Shown here piece after piece: positions 15,001 to 28,339 of a DNA stretch of 64,000 nucleotides; positions within the stretch are counted from its first letter, which is position 1, and each line of letters opens with the position of its first letter. A program made the position numbers and the translations under genes. Origin of the DNA: Isurus oxyrinchus. Taxonomy: Eukaryota. The stretch spans positions 2,418,001 through 2,482,000 of the forward strand of contig JANJGN010000049.1 in the NCBI GenBank assembly GCA_026770705.1. Reading direction: 5' to 3'. The notes beneath the pieces are model-generated. The model saw only the letters and a program-made list of their open reading frames with translations. It ran no database searches and was not told the origin of the DNA.

Positions 15001-18000
15001 AGACAGTGTGTATTACAGTGAATACTGAAACAAGTTATGGGTTATTATAAACTGAGACAGTGTGTATTACAGTGAATACTGAAACAGGTTATGGGTTATT
15101 ATAAACTGAGACAGTGTGTATTACAATGAATACTGAAACAGGTTATGGGTTATTATAAACTGAGACAGTGTGTATTACAGTGAATACTGAAACAGGTTAT
15201 GGATTATTATAAACTGAGACAGTGTGTATTACAGTTAATACTGAAACAGGTTATGGATTAATATAAACTGAGACAGTTTGTATTACAGTGAATACTGAAA
15301 CGGTTTATGTGTTATTATAAACTGAGACAGTGTGTATTACAGTGAATACTGAAACAGGTTATGTGTTAATATAAACTGAGACAGTGTGCATTACAGTGAA
15401 TACTGAAACAGGTTATGTTTTAATATAAACTGAGACAGTGTGCATTACAGTGAATACTGAAACAGGTTATGGGTTATTATAAACTGAGACAGTGTGTATT
15501 ACAGTGAATATTGAAACACGTTATGGGTTATTATAAACTGACACAGTGTGTATTACAGTGAATACTGAAACAGGTTATGGGTTATTATAAACTGAGACAG
15601 TGTGTATTACAGTGAATACTGAAACAGCTTATGGGTTATTATAAACTGAGACAGTATGTATTACAATGAATACTGAAACAGGTTATGGGTTATTATAAAC
15701 TGAGACAGTGTGTATTACAGTGATTTCTGAAACAGGTTATGGGTTAATATAAACTGAGACAGTGTGTATTACAGTGAATACTGAAACACGTTATGGGTTA
15801 ATATAAACTGAGACAGCGTGCATTACAGTGAATACTGAAACAGGTTATGGGTTAATATAAACTGAGGCAGTGTGTATTACAGTGAATACTGAAACAGGCT
15901 GTGGGTTATTATAAACTGAGACAGTGTGTATTACAGTGAATACTGAGACAGGTTATGCGTTATTATAAACTGAGACAGTGTGTAGTACAGTGAATACTGA
16001 AACAGGTTATGGATTAATATAAACTGAGACAGTGTGTATTACAGTGAATACTGAAACTGGTTATGGGTATTATAAACTGAGACAGTGTGTATTACAGTGA
16101 ATACTGAAACAGTTTATGGGTTATTATAAACGCAGACAGTGTGTATTACGGTGAATACTGAAACACGTTATGGGTTATTATAAACTGAGACAGTGTGTAT
16201 TACAGTGAATACTGAAACAGGTTAAGGGTTAATACAACTGGAGTCAGTGTGTATTACAGTGAATACTGAAACAGGTTTGGGTTATTATAAACTGTGACAG
16301 TGTGTATTACAGTGAATACTGAAACAGGTTATGGGTTATTATAAACGCAGACAGTGTGTATTACAGTGAAGACTGAAACAGGTTATGGGTTATTATAAAC
16401 TGAGACAGTGTGTATTACAGTGAATACTGAAACAGGTTATGGGTTAATATAAACTGAGACAGTGTGTATTACAGTGAATACTGAGACAGGTTATGCGTTA
16501 TTTTAAACTGAGACAGTGTGTAGTACAGTGAATACTGAAACAGGTTATGTATTAATATAAACTGAGACAGTGTGTATTACAGTGAATACTGAGACAGGTT
16601 ATGGGTATTATAAACTGAGACATTGTGTATTACAGTGAATACTGAAACATTTTATGGATTATTATAAACGAGACAGTGTGTATTACGGTGAATACTGAAA
16701 CACGTTATGGGTTATTATCAACTGAGACAGTGTGTATTACAGTGAATACTGGAACAGTTTATTGGTTATTATAAACGGAGACAGTGTGTATTACACTGAA
16801 TACTGAAACAGGTTATGGGTTATTATAAAATGAGACAGTGTGTATTACAGTTAATACTGAAACAGGTTATGGATTATTATAAACTGAGACAGTGTGTATT
16901 ACAGTGAATACTGAAACAGGTTATGGGTTAATATAAACTGAGACAGTGTGTATTACAGTGAATACTGAAACAGGTTATGGGTTATTATAAACTGAGACAG
17001 TGTGTATTACAGTGAATACTAAAACACGTTATGGATTATTATAAACTGAGACAGTGTTTATTACAGTGAATACTGAAACAGATTATACATTATTATGATC
17101 TGAGACAGTGTGGATTACAGTGAATACTGAAACAGGTTATGGGTTATTATAAACTGCGACAGTGTGCATTACAGTGAATACTGAAACAGGTTATGGATTA
17201 TTATAAAGTGAGACAGTGGGTATTACAGTGAATACGGAAACAGGTTATGGGTTATTATAAACGGAGACAGTGTGTATTACAGTGAATACTGAAACAAGTT
17301 ATGGGTTATTATAAACTGAGACAGTGTGTATTACAGTGAATACTGAAACAGGTTATGGGTTATTATAAACTGAGACAGTGTGTATTACAGTGAAGACTGA
17401 AACAGGTTATGGGTTATTATAAACTGAGACAATGTGTATTAATGTGAATACTGAAACAGGTTATGGGTTATTATAAACTGAGACAGTGTGTATTACAATG
17501 AATACTGAAACAGGTTATGGGTTATTATAAACTGAGACAGTGTGTATTACAGTGAATACTGAAACATGTTATGGGTTAATTTAAACTGAGACAGCGTATA
17601 TTACAGTGAATACTGAAACAGGTTATGGCTTAATTTAAACTGAGACAGTGTGTATTACAGTGAATACTGAAACAGGCTATGAGTTATTATAAACTGAGAC
17701 AGTGTGTATTACAGTGAATACTGAAACAGGTTATGGGTTATTATAAAATGAGACATTGTGTATTACTGTTAATACTGAAACAGGTTATGGATTATTATAA
17801 ACTGAGACAGTTTGTATTACAGTGAATACTGAAACAAGTTATGGGTTATTATAAACTGAGACAGTGTGTATTACAGTGAATACTGAAACAGGTTATGGGT
17901 TATTATAAACTGAGACAGTGTGTATTACAATGAATACTGAAACAGGTTATGGGTTATTATAAACTGAGACAGTGTGTATTACAGTGAATACTGAAACAGG

Positions 18001-21000
18001 TTATGGATTATTATAAACTGAGACAGTGTGTATTACAGTTAATACTGAAACAGGTTATGGATTAATATAAACTGAGACAGTTTGTATTACAGTGAATACT
18101 GAAACGGTTTATGTGTTATTATAAACTGAGACAGTGTGTATTACAGTGAATACTGAAACAGGTTATGTGTTAATATAAACTGAGACAGTGTGCATTACAG
18201 TGAATACTGAAACAGGTTATGTTTTAATATAAACTGAGACAGTGTGCATTACAGTGAATACTGAAACAGGTTATGGGTTATTATAAACTGAGACAGTGTG
18301 TATTACAGTGAATATTGAATCACGTTATGGGTTATTATAAACTGACACAGTGTGTATTACAGTGAATACTGAAACAGGTTATGGGTTATTATAAACTGAG
18401 ACAGTGTGTATTACAGTGAATACTGAAACAGCTTATGGGTTATTATAAACTGAGACAGTGTGTATTACAATGAATACTGAAACAGGTTATGGGTTATTAT
18501 AAACTGAGACAGTGTGTATTACAGTGATTACTGAAACAGGTTATGGGTTAATATAAACTGAGACAGTGTGTATTACAGTGAATACTGAAACACGTTATGG
18601 GTTAATATAAACTGAGACAGCGTGCATTACAGTGAATACTGAAACAGGTTATGGGTTAATATAAACTGAGGCAGTGTGTATTACATTGAATACTGAAACA
18701 GGCTGTGGGTTATTATAAACTGAGACAGTGTGTATTACAGTGAATACTGAGACAGGTTATGCGTTATTATAAACTGAGACAGTGTGTAGTACAGTGAATA
18801 CTGAAACAGGTTATGTATTAATATAAACTGAGACAGTGTGTATTACAGTGAATACTGAAACTGGTTATGGGTATTATAAACTGAGACAGTGTGTATTACA
18901 GTGAATACTGAAACAGTTTATGGGTTATTATAAACGCAGACAGTGTGTATTACGGTGAATACTGAAACACGTTATGGGTTATTATAAACTGAGACAGTGT
19001 GTATTACAGTGAATACTGAAACAGGTTAAGGGTTAATACAAATGGAGTCAGTGTGTATTACAGTGAATACTGAAACAGGTTTGGGTTATTATAAACTGTG
19101 ACAGTGTGTATTACAGTGAATACTGAAACAGGTTATGGGTTATTATAAACGCAGACAGTGTGTATTACAGTGAAGACTGAAACAGGTTATGGGTTATTAT
19201 AAACTGAGACAGTGTGTATTACAGTGAATACTGAAACAGGTTATGGGTTAATATAAACTGAGACAGTGTGTATTACAGTGAATACTGAAACAGGTTATGC
19301 GTTATTTTAAACTGAGACAGTGTGTAGTACAGTGAATACTGAAACAGGTTATGTATTAATATAAACTGAGACAGTGTGTATTACAGTGAATACTGAAACA
19401 GGTTATGGGTATTATAAACTGAGACAGTGTGTATTACAGTGAATACTGAAACATTTTATGGGTTATTATAAACGAGACAGTGTGTATTACGGTGAATACT
19501 GAAACACGTTATGGGTTATTATCAACTGAGACAGTGTGTATTACAGTGAATACTGGAACAGTTTATTGGTTATTATAAACGGAGACAGTGTGTATTACAC
19601 TGAATACTGAAACAGGTTATGGGTTATTATAAAATGAGACAGTGTGTATTACAGTTAATACTGAAACAGGTTATGGATTATTATAAACTGAGACAGTGTG
19701 TATTACAGTGAATACTGAAACAGGTTATGGGTTAATATAAACTGAGACAGTGTGTATTACAGTGAATACTGAAACATGTTATGGGTTATTATAAACTGAG
19801 ACAGTGTGTATTACAGTGAATACTAAAACACGTTATGGATTATTATAAACTGAGACAGTGTTTATTACAGTGAATACTGAAACAGATTATACATTATTAT
19901 GATCTGAGACAGTGTGGATTACAGTGAATACTGAAACACGTTATGGGTTATTATAAACTGCGACAGTGTGCATTACAGTGAATACTGAAACAGGTTATGG
20001 ATTATTATAAAGTGAGACAGTGGGTATTACAGTGAATACGGAAACAGGTTATGGGTTATTATAAACGGAGACAGTGTGTATTACAGTGAATACTGAAACA
20101 AGTTATGGGTTATTATAAACTGAGACAGTGTGTATTACAGTGAATACTGAAACAGGCTATGGGTTATTATAAACTGAGACAGTGTGTATTACAGTGAAGA
20201 CTGAAACAGGTTATGGGTTATTATAAACTGAGACAATGTGTATTAATGTGAATACTGAAACAGGTTATGGGTTATTATAAACTGAGACAGTGTGTATTAC
20301 AATGAATACTGAAACAGGTTATGGGTTATTATAAACTGAGACAGTGTGTATTACAGTGAATACTGAAACATGTTATGGGTTAATATAAACTGAGACAGCG
20401 TATATTACAGTGAATACTGAAATAGGTTATGGCTTAATTTAAACTGAGACAGTGTGTATTACAGTGAATACTGAAACAGGCTATGAGTTATTATAAACTG
20501 AGACAGTGTGTATTACAGTGAATACTGAAACAGGTTATGGGTTATTATAAAATGAGACATTGTGTATTACTGTTAATACTGAAACAGGTTATGGATTATT
20601 ATAAACTGCGACAGTTTGTATTACAGTGAATACTGAAACAATTTATGGGTTATTATAAACTGAGACAGTGTGTATTACAGTGAGCACTGAAACAGTTTAT
20701 GGGTTATTATAAACTGAGACAGTGTGTATTACAGTGAATACTGAAACAGGTTATGGATAATTATAAAATGAGACAGTGTGTATTACAGTTAATACTGAAA
20801 CAGGTTATGGATTATTATAAACTGAGACAGTGTGTATTACAGTGAATACTGTAACAAGTTATGGGTTATTATAAACTGTGACAGTGTGTATTACAGTGAA
20901 TACTGAAACACGTTTTGGGTTATTATAAACTGAGACAGTGTGTATTACAGTGAATACTGAAACAGGTTATGGATTATTATAAACTGAGACAGTGTGTATT

Positions 21001-22390
21001 ACAGTGAATACTGAAACACGTTATGGGTTAATATAAACTTAGACAGCGTGTATTACAGTGAATACTGAAACAGGTTATGGGTTAATATAAACTGAGGCAT
21101 TGTGTATTACAGTGAATACTGAAACAGGCTATGGGTTAATTTAAACTGAGACAGTGTGTATTACAGTGAATAATGAGACAGGTTATGCGTTATTATAAAC
21201 TGAGACAGTGTGTAGTACAGTGAATACTGAAACAGGTTATGGATTACTATAAACTGAGACAGTGTGTATTACAGTGAATACTGAAACAGGTTATGGGTAT
21301 TATAAACTGAGACAGTGTGTGTTACAGTGAATGCTGAAACAGTTTATGGGTTATTATAAACGGAGACAGTGTCTATTACGGTGAATACTGAAACACGTTA
21401 TGGGTTATTATAAACTGAGACAGTGTGTATTACAGTGAATACTGAAACAGGTTAAGGGTTAATACAAACGGAGTCAGTGTGTATTACAGTGAATACTGAA
21501 ACAGGTTTGGGTTATTATAAACTGAGACAGTGTGTATTACAGTGAATACTGAATCAGGTTATGTGTTATTATAAACTGAGACAGCGTGTATTGCAGTGAA
21601 TACTGAAACAGGTTATGGGTTAATATAAACTGAGACAGTGTGTATTACAGTGAATACTGAAACAGGTTATGGGTATTATAAACTGAGACAGTGTGTATTA
21701 CAGTGAATACTGAAACAGTTTATGGGTTATTATAAACGGAGACAGTGTGTATTACAGTGAATACTGAAACACGTTATGGGTTATTATAAACTGAGACAGT
21801 GTGTATTACAGTGAATACTGAAACAGGTTAAGTGTTAATACAAACGGAGTCAGTGTGTATTACAGTGAATACTGAAACAGGTTTGGGTTATTATTAACTG
21901 AGACAGTGTGTATTACAGTGAATACTGAAACAGGTTATGGGTTATTATAAACGGAGACTGTGTGTATTACAGTGAATACTGAAACAGGTTATGTGTTATT
22001 ATAAACGGAGACAGTGTGTATTACAGTGAATACTGAAACAGGTTATGGGTTATTATAAACTGAGACAGCGTGTATTACAGTGAATACTGAAACAGGTTAT
22101 GGGTTATTATAAACTGAGACAGTATTTATTACACTGAATACTGAATCAGTTTAGGGGTTATTATAAACTGAGACAGTGTGTATTACAGTGAATACTGAAA
22201 CAGGTTATGGGTTATTATAAACTGAGACAGTGTGTATTACAGTGAATACTGAAACAGGTTATGGGTTATTATAAACTGGGACAGTGTCTATTACAGTGCA
22301 TACTGAAACAGTTATGGGTTATTATAAACTGAGACAGGCTGTATTACAGTGAATACTGAAACAGGTTATGGGTTATTATATGCTGAGACA
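1..22390. repeat. 54-bp tandem satellite (consensus AAACTGAGACAGTGTGTATTACAGTGAATACTGAAACAGGTTATGGGTTATTAT), ~414 copies, runs off the left edge
   Basis: The unit recurs every 54 nt (e.g. AACGGAGAC at 1 and 55). CTGAGACAG and CTGAAACAG are 27 nt apart, giving a 27+27 substructure. Copies differ mostly by scattered point variants, and no ORF is called in this region. Confidence 0.98.
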
Positions 22391-22567
22391 GCCGCTTTTA
22401 CAGAAACTACCAATACATATCTGTATTTATATAAACTGGGAAAGGTTATTTTGCAGTGATTATTGATACAAGGCATGGATTAATATAAACTGGGACTGGT
22501 CTATGACAGAGATTACTGATACATGCTATTGATTAACATTAACTAGGACAGGGTCCATTACAGTGAT
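22391..22567. repeat. Degenerate edge of the satellite (diverged 27-bp units)
   Basis: Units such as TATAAACTGGGAAAGG..., CAGTGATTATTGATACAAGG... and TAATATAAACTGGGACTGG keep the 27-bp phase but are heavily diverged. Confidence 0.8.
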
Positions 22568-23476
22568 AAAAACAACAACAGAATTACCTGGAATAACACA
22601 GCAGGTCTGGCAGCATCGGCGGAGAAGAAAAGAGTTGACGTTTTGAGTCCTCATGACCCTTCGACAGAACTTGATTTCGAGTCCAAGAAAGTGTTGAAAT
22701 ATAAGCTGGTTTAAGGTGTGTGTGTGGGAGGTGGAGAGATAGAGAGAGAGAGAAGTGGTTGTGTGGACAAACAAGCAGTGATAGAATCAGATCATCAAAA
22801 GATGTCAGCGACAATGGTACAATAGAACACATAGGTGTTAAAGTTAAAGTTGGTGATATTATCTAAACGAATGTGCTAATTAAGAATGGATGGTAGGCCA
22901 CTCAAGTTTCAGATCTAGTGGGGGTGGGGGGAGCATAAGAGATTTTAAAATATTTAAAAATAATGGAAATAGGTGGGAAAAGAAAAAACTATATAATCTA
23001 TAGGGAAAAAAGAGGGGGAAACAGAAAGGGGGTGAGGATGGGGGAGGGAGCTCACGACCTAAAGTTGTTGAATTCAATATTCAGACCGGAAGGCTGTAAG
23101 GTGCCTAGTCGGAAGATGAGGTGTTGTTCCTCCAGTTTGCGTTGGGCTTCACTGGAACAATGCAGAAAGCCAAGGACAGACATGTGGGCAAGAGAGCAGG
23201 GTGGAGTGTTAAAATGGCAAGTGACAGGGAGGTTTGGGTCATTCTTGTGGACAGACCGCAGGTGTTCTGCAAAGCGGTCGCCCAGTTTACGTTTGGTCTT
23301 TCCAATTATATAGATTTTATAAATTATATAGATTTTTCTTTTCCCACCTATTTCCATTATTTTTAAATATTTTAAAATCTTTTATGCTCCCCCCACCCCC
23401 ACTAGAGCTGTACCTTGAGTGCCCTACCATCCATTCTTAATTAGCACATTCGTTTAGATAATATCACCAACTTTAA
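22568..23476 (-). mobile_element. Truncated Penelope-like retroelement (3' part of GIY-YIG endonuclease plus pLTR/tail, with inverted partial pLTR)
   Basis: Minus ORF 23052-23357 contains IGKTKRKLGDRFAEHLRSV...HFN...RKLEEQHLIFRLGTLQPSGLNIEF, the typical C-terminal GIY-YIG domain of Penelope-like elements. 22844-23002 is repeated in inverted orientation at ~23320-23476. Confidence 0.88.
22634..22668 (-). ncRNA. Degenerate minimal hammerhead ribozyme motif of the Penelope pLTR (probably inactive)
   Basis: The minus strand reads CTGTCGA-A-GGGTC-ATGAG-GACTC-AAAAC-GTC. The canonical minimal HHR is CTGANGA-stemII-GAAAC-GTH. Two core positions are changed. Confidence 0.55.
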
Positions 23477-24149
23477 TCTCTGACACAGCACGGAGTGTAA
23501 GTCAACCAGGGATAAATCTGGTGTGGAAACAATTGATGCAGGGCTTTGCGGCATATTGAGAGGGACAGAGAGTAAAGCAGTTATAATTAATGCATAACCT
23601 AGTTTAATATACAGAGAGATAGGTTTTAGTGTTACATCATTAGAAACATCTTACTGTGCAATATAATAAGTGTATTAATTTCGAATTAACATAAGCCCCA
23701 GCATCACTGATCCATTTGCCAGTGGTACAGCTTCTCCCTAAATATTCAAAAACATCCCTCAAACATTGGACCATTTCTGATAAACCTATCTTAAGATTCT
23801 CGTTGATGAGGAGAGTAATCCCAGTTTCTTGTTGTGCAGAGAGTGAGGGGCAGTGCAAACTTAAGTTCCAGGAAATCTTCTGTGTTGTTACTTCGAAATG
23901 AGCATTTAACAATCGTTGACACTGCTTTATGGGGCCAATGGAAATAAAGTGCACTGTTACAACAGGCTCAGGCTAAGACACCAGGCTACAAGGCAACGGA
24001 TCCCTTACAACTAAATTGATGTGTGTAAGATTGGAGCCTGCTCCTGAACTTTATATACATAGAACCAAATGCTATAATTTCAAAATAGCAATTGCAACAT
24101 GTCCCGTGCCTTGCATTAGTGGCTCACATACATGGACAGTAACAACTAC

Positions 24150-24260
24150 TGAACTAAAAACAGAAAGTGCTGTAAAGACTCAGCAGGCCTGGCAGGGTCT
24201 GAGGAGAGAGAAACAGAGTTAACGTTTAGATTCCATGTGAGTTTATTCAGAGCCAGAACT
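24150..24260. mobile_element. Penelope-like terminal fragment
   Basis: AAAAACAGAAAGTGCTG...ACTCAGCAGGCCTGGCAG...GAGAGAGAAACAGAGTTAACGTTT resembles 22570-22670 and 43320-43500. Confidence 0.6.
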
Positions 24261-24289
24261 GCAGGTTTGCAGCATGGTCAGTGGAGTGA

Positions 24290-24790
24290 TCATTCAGATG
24301 TGGCGATGGTAATGTCATCTCAGTCTTAGGGAATAGCAGCATCGAGGTAAATTAACTGGGTTGGTAATACAGAGAAGATCAGAAATGCTCCAGAGACATG
24401 ATCTAAACGCCACGACGGCAGCTGGCGGGATTTCCATTCAGTTAATTCATTAAAACCGAAACTGGAATAAAATTACTCATTGAATTAATAATCGAACAAC
24501 GTAAATGTCATGAAGTTGCAACTGGCTCACTAATGTCATTCGGGGCGGAAATCTTACCCTTACCAGCCTGGCCCACGTGAGGCTGCAGCCCCACAACAAC
24601 TTGGTTGAATCTTAACGGCCCTTGGAATGGTCCAGAAGGCCATTTAGTTGGGTCAAAGCACTTCTTGGAAAGTCAAATAAGAGGCGCATGGCACAAACTG
24701 CAGCTGTTCAAGATGTCGGCTCCCCGCCACCTTCTCAAGGGTACTTTTGAATGGACAGTTAAGGCTGGCCTTGCTTTCGACGTTCACAAC
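24290..24790 (+). mobile_element. Decayed shark SINE with CR1-like 3' tail
   Basis: CTGGCTCACTAATGTCATTCGGGGCGGAAATCT...TGGTTGAATCTTAAC core. The tail CACCTTCTCAAGGG...GCTGGCCTTGC is shared with the LINE 3' end at 61390-61460. Confidence 0.55.
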
Positions 24791-24949
24791 TAAAGAGCAA
24801 ATAAAACCAACGGTCAAGGCTTTGTAAACTATTGCGGATTTTCTCAATGTAAAATAAGGCCACAAAATCTGGAAATACTCAGCATCATTCTCCGCTGACA
24901 TTATTTTACAGCGCAGGGGTAACCTAGACCAATATTTAATGCGCAACTA

Positions 24950-25140
24950 ATATCACTAATAAACAGGTGATCAGGGCTTTTATTACATCTCTGTTGGTGG
25001 GAGCTTCCTGTGCACAAGTTGCCTCCTGCAGTTCTACCATGACACAAGAGATTATAATTCGAAATAAGGTGCATCAATGAGGTTAATGCGATATGAGATT
25101 TGGGACCTCCTGAGATGGTGAAATGTGCTGTATAAACACC
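24950..25140 (+). mobile_element. Deu-domain-like SINE fragment (AmnSINE/SacSINE-type)
   Basis: TGTTGGTGGGAGCTTCCTGTGCACAAGTTGCCTCCTGCAG...TTGGGACCTCCTGAGATGGTGAAATGTGCTGTATAAA resembles the recalled Deu-SINE core and L2-like tail. Related pieces lie at ~39000-39260 (-), ~49340-49480 (-) and ~52040-52200 (+). Confidence 0.5.
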
Positions 25141-26009
25141 GAGTTTTTACTAAAAGTGAACATGTCAAAACATACGTGGTGATGTGTTAGAAGGTCTGAG
25201 AAGAATGTGATTAACGGTCATTTCTCTGTTCATTATTTAAACATGTTTATGTGAAAGGGGTTCATCCTTTCACCACTCGATATTCAGCGGAATGTTAGGC
25301 TGCTCAGAAATGTTTAATTGATTTAAGCCACAGAACTTTCAGAAACATGTTTTCTTAAATTTAATGGCTTCTTTTGTTTAAAATAAATAACATCTGTACC
25401 AATTGGTTTTCTAGAAATTGTGTTCAATTCTTATACCATTTGTGAATATTCTTAAAATAAACTTGTTTTGCGCTGAACATAATCAATAAGTGACTGTTGA
25501 GCTGATTCTGCTGCCATGAACACCACTTTGAAACTAGTGAGGCGTTTATGTAAATAACCACAAAAATAGACGCCTCAGAATAGAATATTGAGCAACAGAA
25601 ATACAATAGATGTTTCCCCACCAACAGAACATAGAAATAACAACAGAGAGAAATGCAAATCACACAAAGGTTTGCAGGAATGATTAATATTTAGAACATT
25701 TCTCTAAGTTATGGGACAACTATGTAAAGATGATATCTGTGTTCAAAACTGGCGAAGCGTCCTTTGATCCGGTATATAGTAGCATTGAAAATGTGTTCGC
25801 GGAGTTTCCTGCATTCTATCCCGCTCAGTCTCCCTTTCTCCCCTATCCCGGCCGTGTCTGGCCTCTCATTAATGTGTCAGCGTCTGTAACTCATAACGTG
25901 AAGTCAGTATCTGACCAAAGTTTAATCTCAGCTCTATTCATTGACTTTTAACCAAAAAGATCGCTGTTCGCAGATAGACCTTAACTATAAAATGTATCTG
26001 GTTCACTCA

Positions 26010-26335
26010 ACAACATGGGAGTATTGAATGGGACAGTCTAAAGGGAGCACTCCTCTGCAAATTAGCATTCCTATGCCTTCCTGTGAATGGTATATGGGAC
26101 ATTGTACAGGGATCTTTTTTTTCTGCATTTGATACTGCTGTACCATTCTTGGGAGCATTCGATCGAATCAGGTAGAGGGACCTGTGTCTATCCCGCACTA
26201 TACATGTCCTGAGAATGTTTGGTGGGATAGTTTAGAAAGATCTTTACTCTGCCTCACCCCGGAATTTACCAATGTAGAAGCAGCTTTACTCTGCGTCTGA
26301 ACTGTCCCGTGTCTATCCTTAGGAGTGTCTAATGG
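26010..26335 (+). repeat. Degenerate ~65-bp tandem repeat (GGGACAG..AGAGGGAGCTTTACTCTG...GGAGTGTTTGAT type)
   Basis: GGGACA/GGGATA...CTTTACTCTG...GGAG(T/C)(A/G)TT motifs recur with ~65-bp spacing. Confidence 0.5.
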
Positions 26336-26849
26336 TGTTTCGGACTCAGTGCATGAAATGGTGTTCTAGAACGAATCCCTCACTAAATGTCAAAATCAAT
26401 TTGGATGTTCACTTGAAGTACTGTAGCCCCAAGGGCCCTGGCACAAAAGCTAGGAAGTGGGATTAGACTTGATAGATCATTTCAGGCCATTATGGGCAAG
26501 GTGTGCGCAATGGCCTATTTCTGTGCTGCACAAATCAAAGATTTTCAGATGCTATAAAGTGTGTTGAGGTCTGAGAAAGTATACAAAGGAAGGTAACCAG
26601 TTTGTTAACAAGGATCAGGGTCTTCAGTAACAACAATAAATTGGACAAATTGGCAACATTCTGCTAGTGATAAAGAAGATTAAGCAGAAACCTAATGGTT
26701 ATTTCCAAGATGATGAGAGGTTTTGAGAGAATTAGCAGAGAACAGCAATTCCTTCTGCTCATTGTGTCAATATCCAGAGATCATAGCTTCAAAAACAATG
26801 TATATATTGGCAGATTTGTAAACGGACAATGAGGAGAAATATTTCGCTA

Positions 26850-27360
26850 GCAACTGGTTCCCTTTATATTACACCAGATCCTGCCTCAATTATTACTCTT
26901 TGAGATCAAGTCACAGTTTTAGTTTTGCTGAAACCTGTGAAATTTATGGATGCATAATCTGGTATTTGTATTTTTATTACACTCGGCTCTGGCACAGTTA
27001 TTTCTGTGCTAATCAAGCCTCTGTTTCAGGCCGGCCCCCGAATCGGTTATTACTATATTAGAGCATTTCTCTATTTATATTATATAACGCTTTGCTTCAG
27101 TTATTAGTGAACCATACCCCGTGTTTCTAAATGTTGCACTCGACCACGTCTCAGTTATTACTATACTAGAACATGTATGTGTTAATATTACCCTGTCTTT
27201 GTTGTTATTGCACTGGAACCTGTCTCCATTTATAATGTTTTATATTATTGTTTCTGTTAAAATTGCACTGGAAAATATATCTCTTTATATTTTACAGTGG
27301 GCCCTTTCTCAGTTATTACTGCCCTATACCATGTTTCTGTTAAGCTAACACTTTACCCGC
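26850..27360 (-). repeat. Decayed 27-bp minisatellite, opposite orientation to the main satellite
   Basis: Recurrent (T)CTCAGTTATTACT / TCTCTATTTATATT, the reverse complement of AGTAATAACTGAGA / AATATAAA.AGAGA units. Confidence 0.55.
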
Positions 27361-28339
27361 GCCAGTAAACATTGAATTATATCATGGCAAACGTATTGCA
27401 AACTGGTGAGGAAATAATGAAGTTAACATGCAGCACAAAACAATGGAAACAGAAACAAATTATTTTTTATTGAATTTCATTGAGAGTGGAAAGTGTTACA
27501 TTCCATTCCAAGTGAGAGAATTACAGATTTAGTATGCACACGTCAGGTATAGGTACAGTTACATTTTCACCGTCTCTTGTACAGATCCAGTGATGCACAA
27601 GTAATCACTTGTTAACAAACAGAGAGAATGGTGGGTAGATGTCCTTTATTCTCCATGTGATTTAATTCACTTTCAAATTGAATTCTGAGGGCAGCTAAAT
27701 TCACTTTGGAATCTGAATAGGCATTTTCCACACAAGAACTCAAAAAAGATGTCAGCATCAAGAAATGTTAACGATAATAGATGATCTGAAATTACTGGAT
27801 GGATGTTTCGGAATATAGATAGATAGACTGACAAACAGACAGGTACGCAGCTAGATGGGTTGACAGATAGAGACACTGAGATACACAGTATCTAGTGTAA
27901 TATAGACAGTTTAATGCTAAATAATCTTTTCGGTGATACAAACATTGTCTAATGTGAAGAGATGTATGCATCAGTGCACTTACTCCAACAGGGCCTAGTG
28001 TAAAACACCAATTGAGACTAGGTCTTTTGCACTACTATCTGAGGCAGAGTCCTGTGTAATTAAAAGGAAGGCATGACCCAGTCATTACGTATCAACACCC
28101 TTCATGGTCTTAAATACCTCGATCAAAGCCCCTCTTAACACCGTCTATTCTAAGGAAAACGATTCAAAATCTCCAAAGTCTTGTAACATTCGGATCAATC
28201 TCCTCTTCATCCTCTCTGCGACCTCCAGGTGCTTTATAAAACATAGTTCCCGGAATAATTATGTGCAATACTCATGGAAACACAGTAGGGAGTACTTTAA
28301 CAAATGTTGTTTTTAATCTTTCACAAGGCTGAAGTATTT

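Noticed and set aside
1-22390. Satellite as a CRISPR array or a coding repeat
   Set aside because: Units are head-to-tail with no unique spacers, there are no cas genes, the context is vertebrate, and no long ORF is called.
1-22390. Satellite as an array of RSSs (GACAGTG/TACAGTG, occasional CACAGTG; GGTTAT.. nonamer-like)
   Set aside because: The consensus lacks the essential CAC, and I found no nonamer-like sequence at 12 or 23 bp spacing from the heptamer-like words.
25653-25660. Octamer ATGCAAAT
   Set aside because: 14 kb from the VH promoter in AT-rich DNA, expected by chance.
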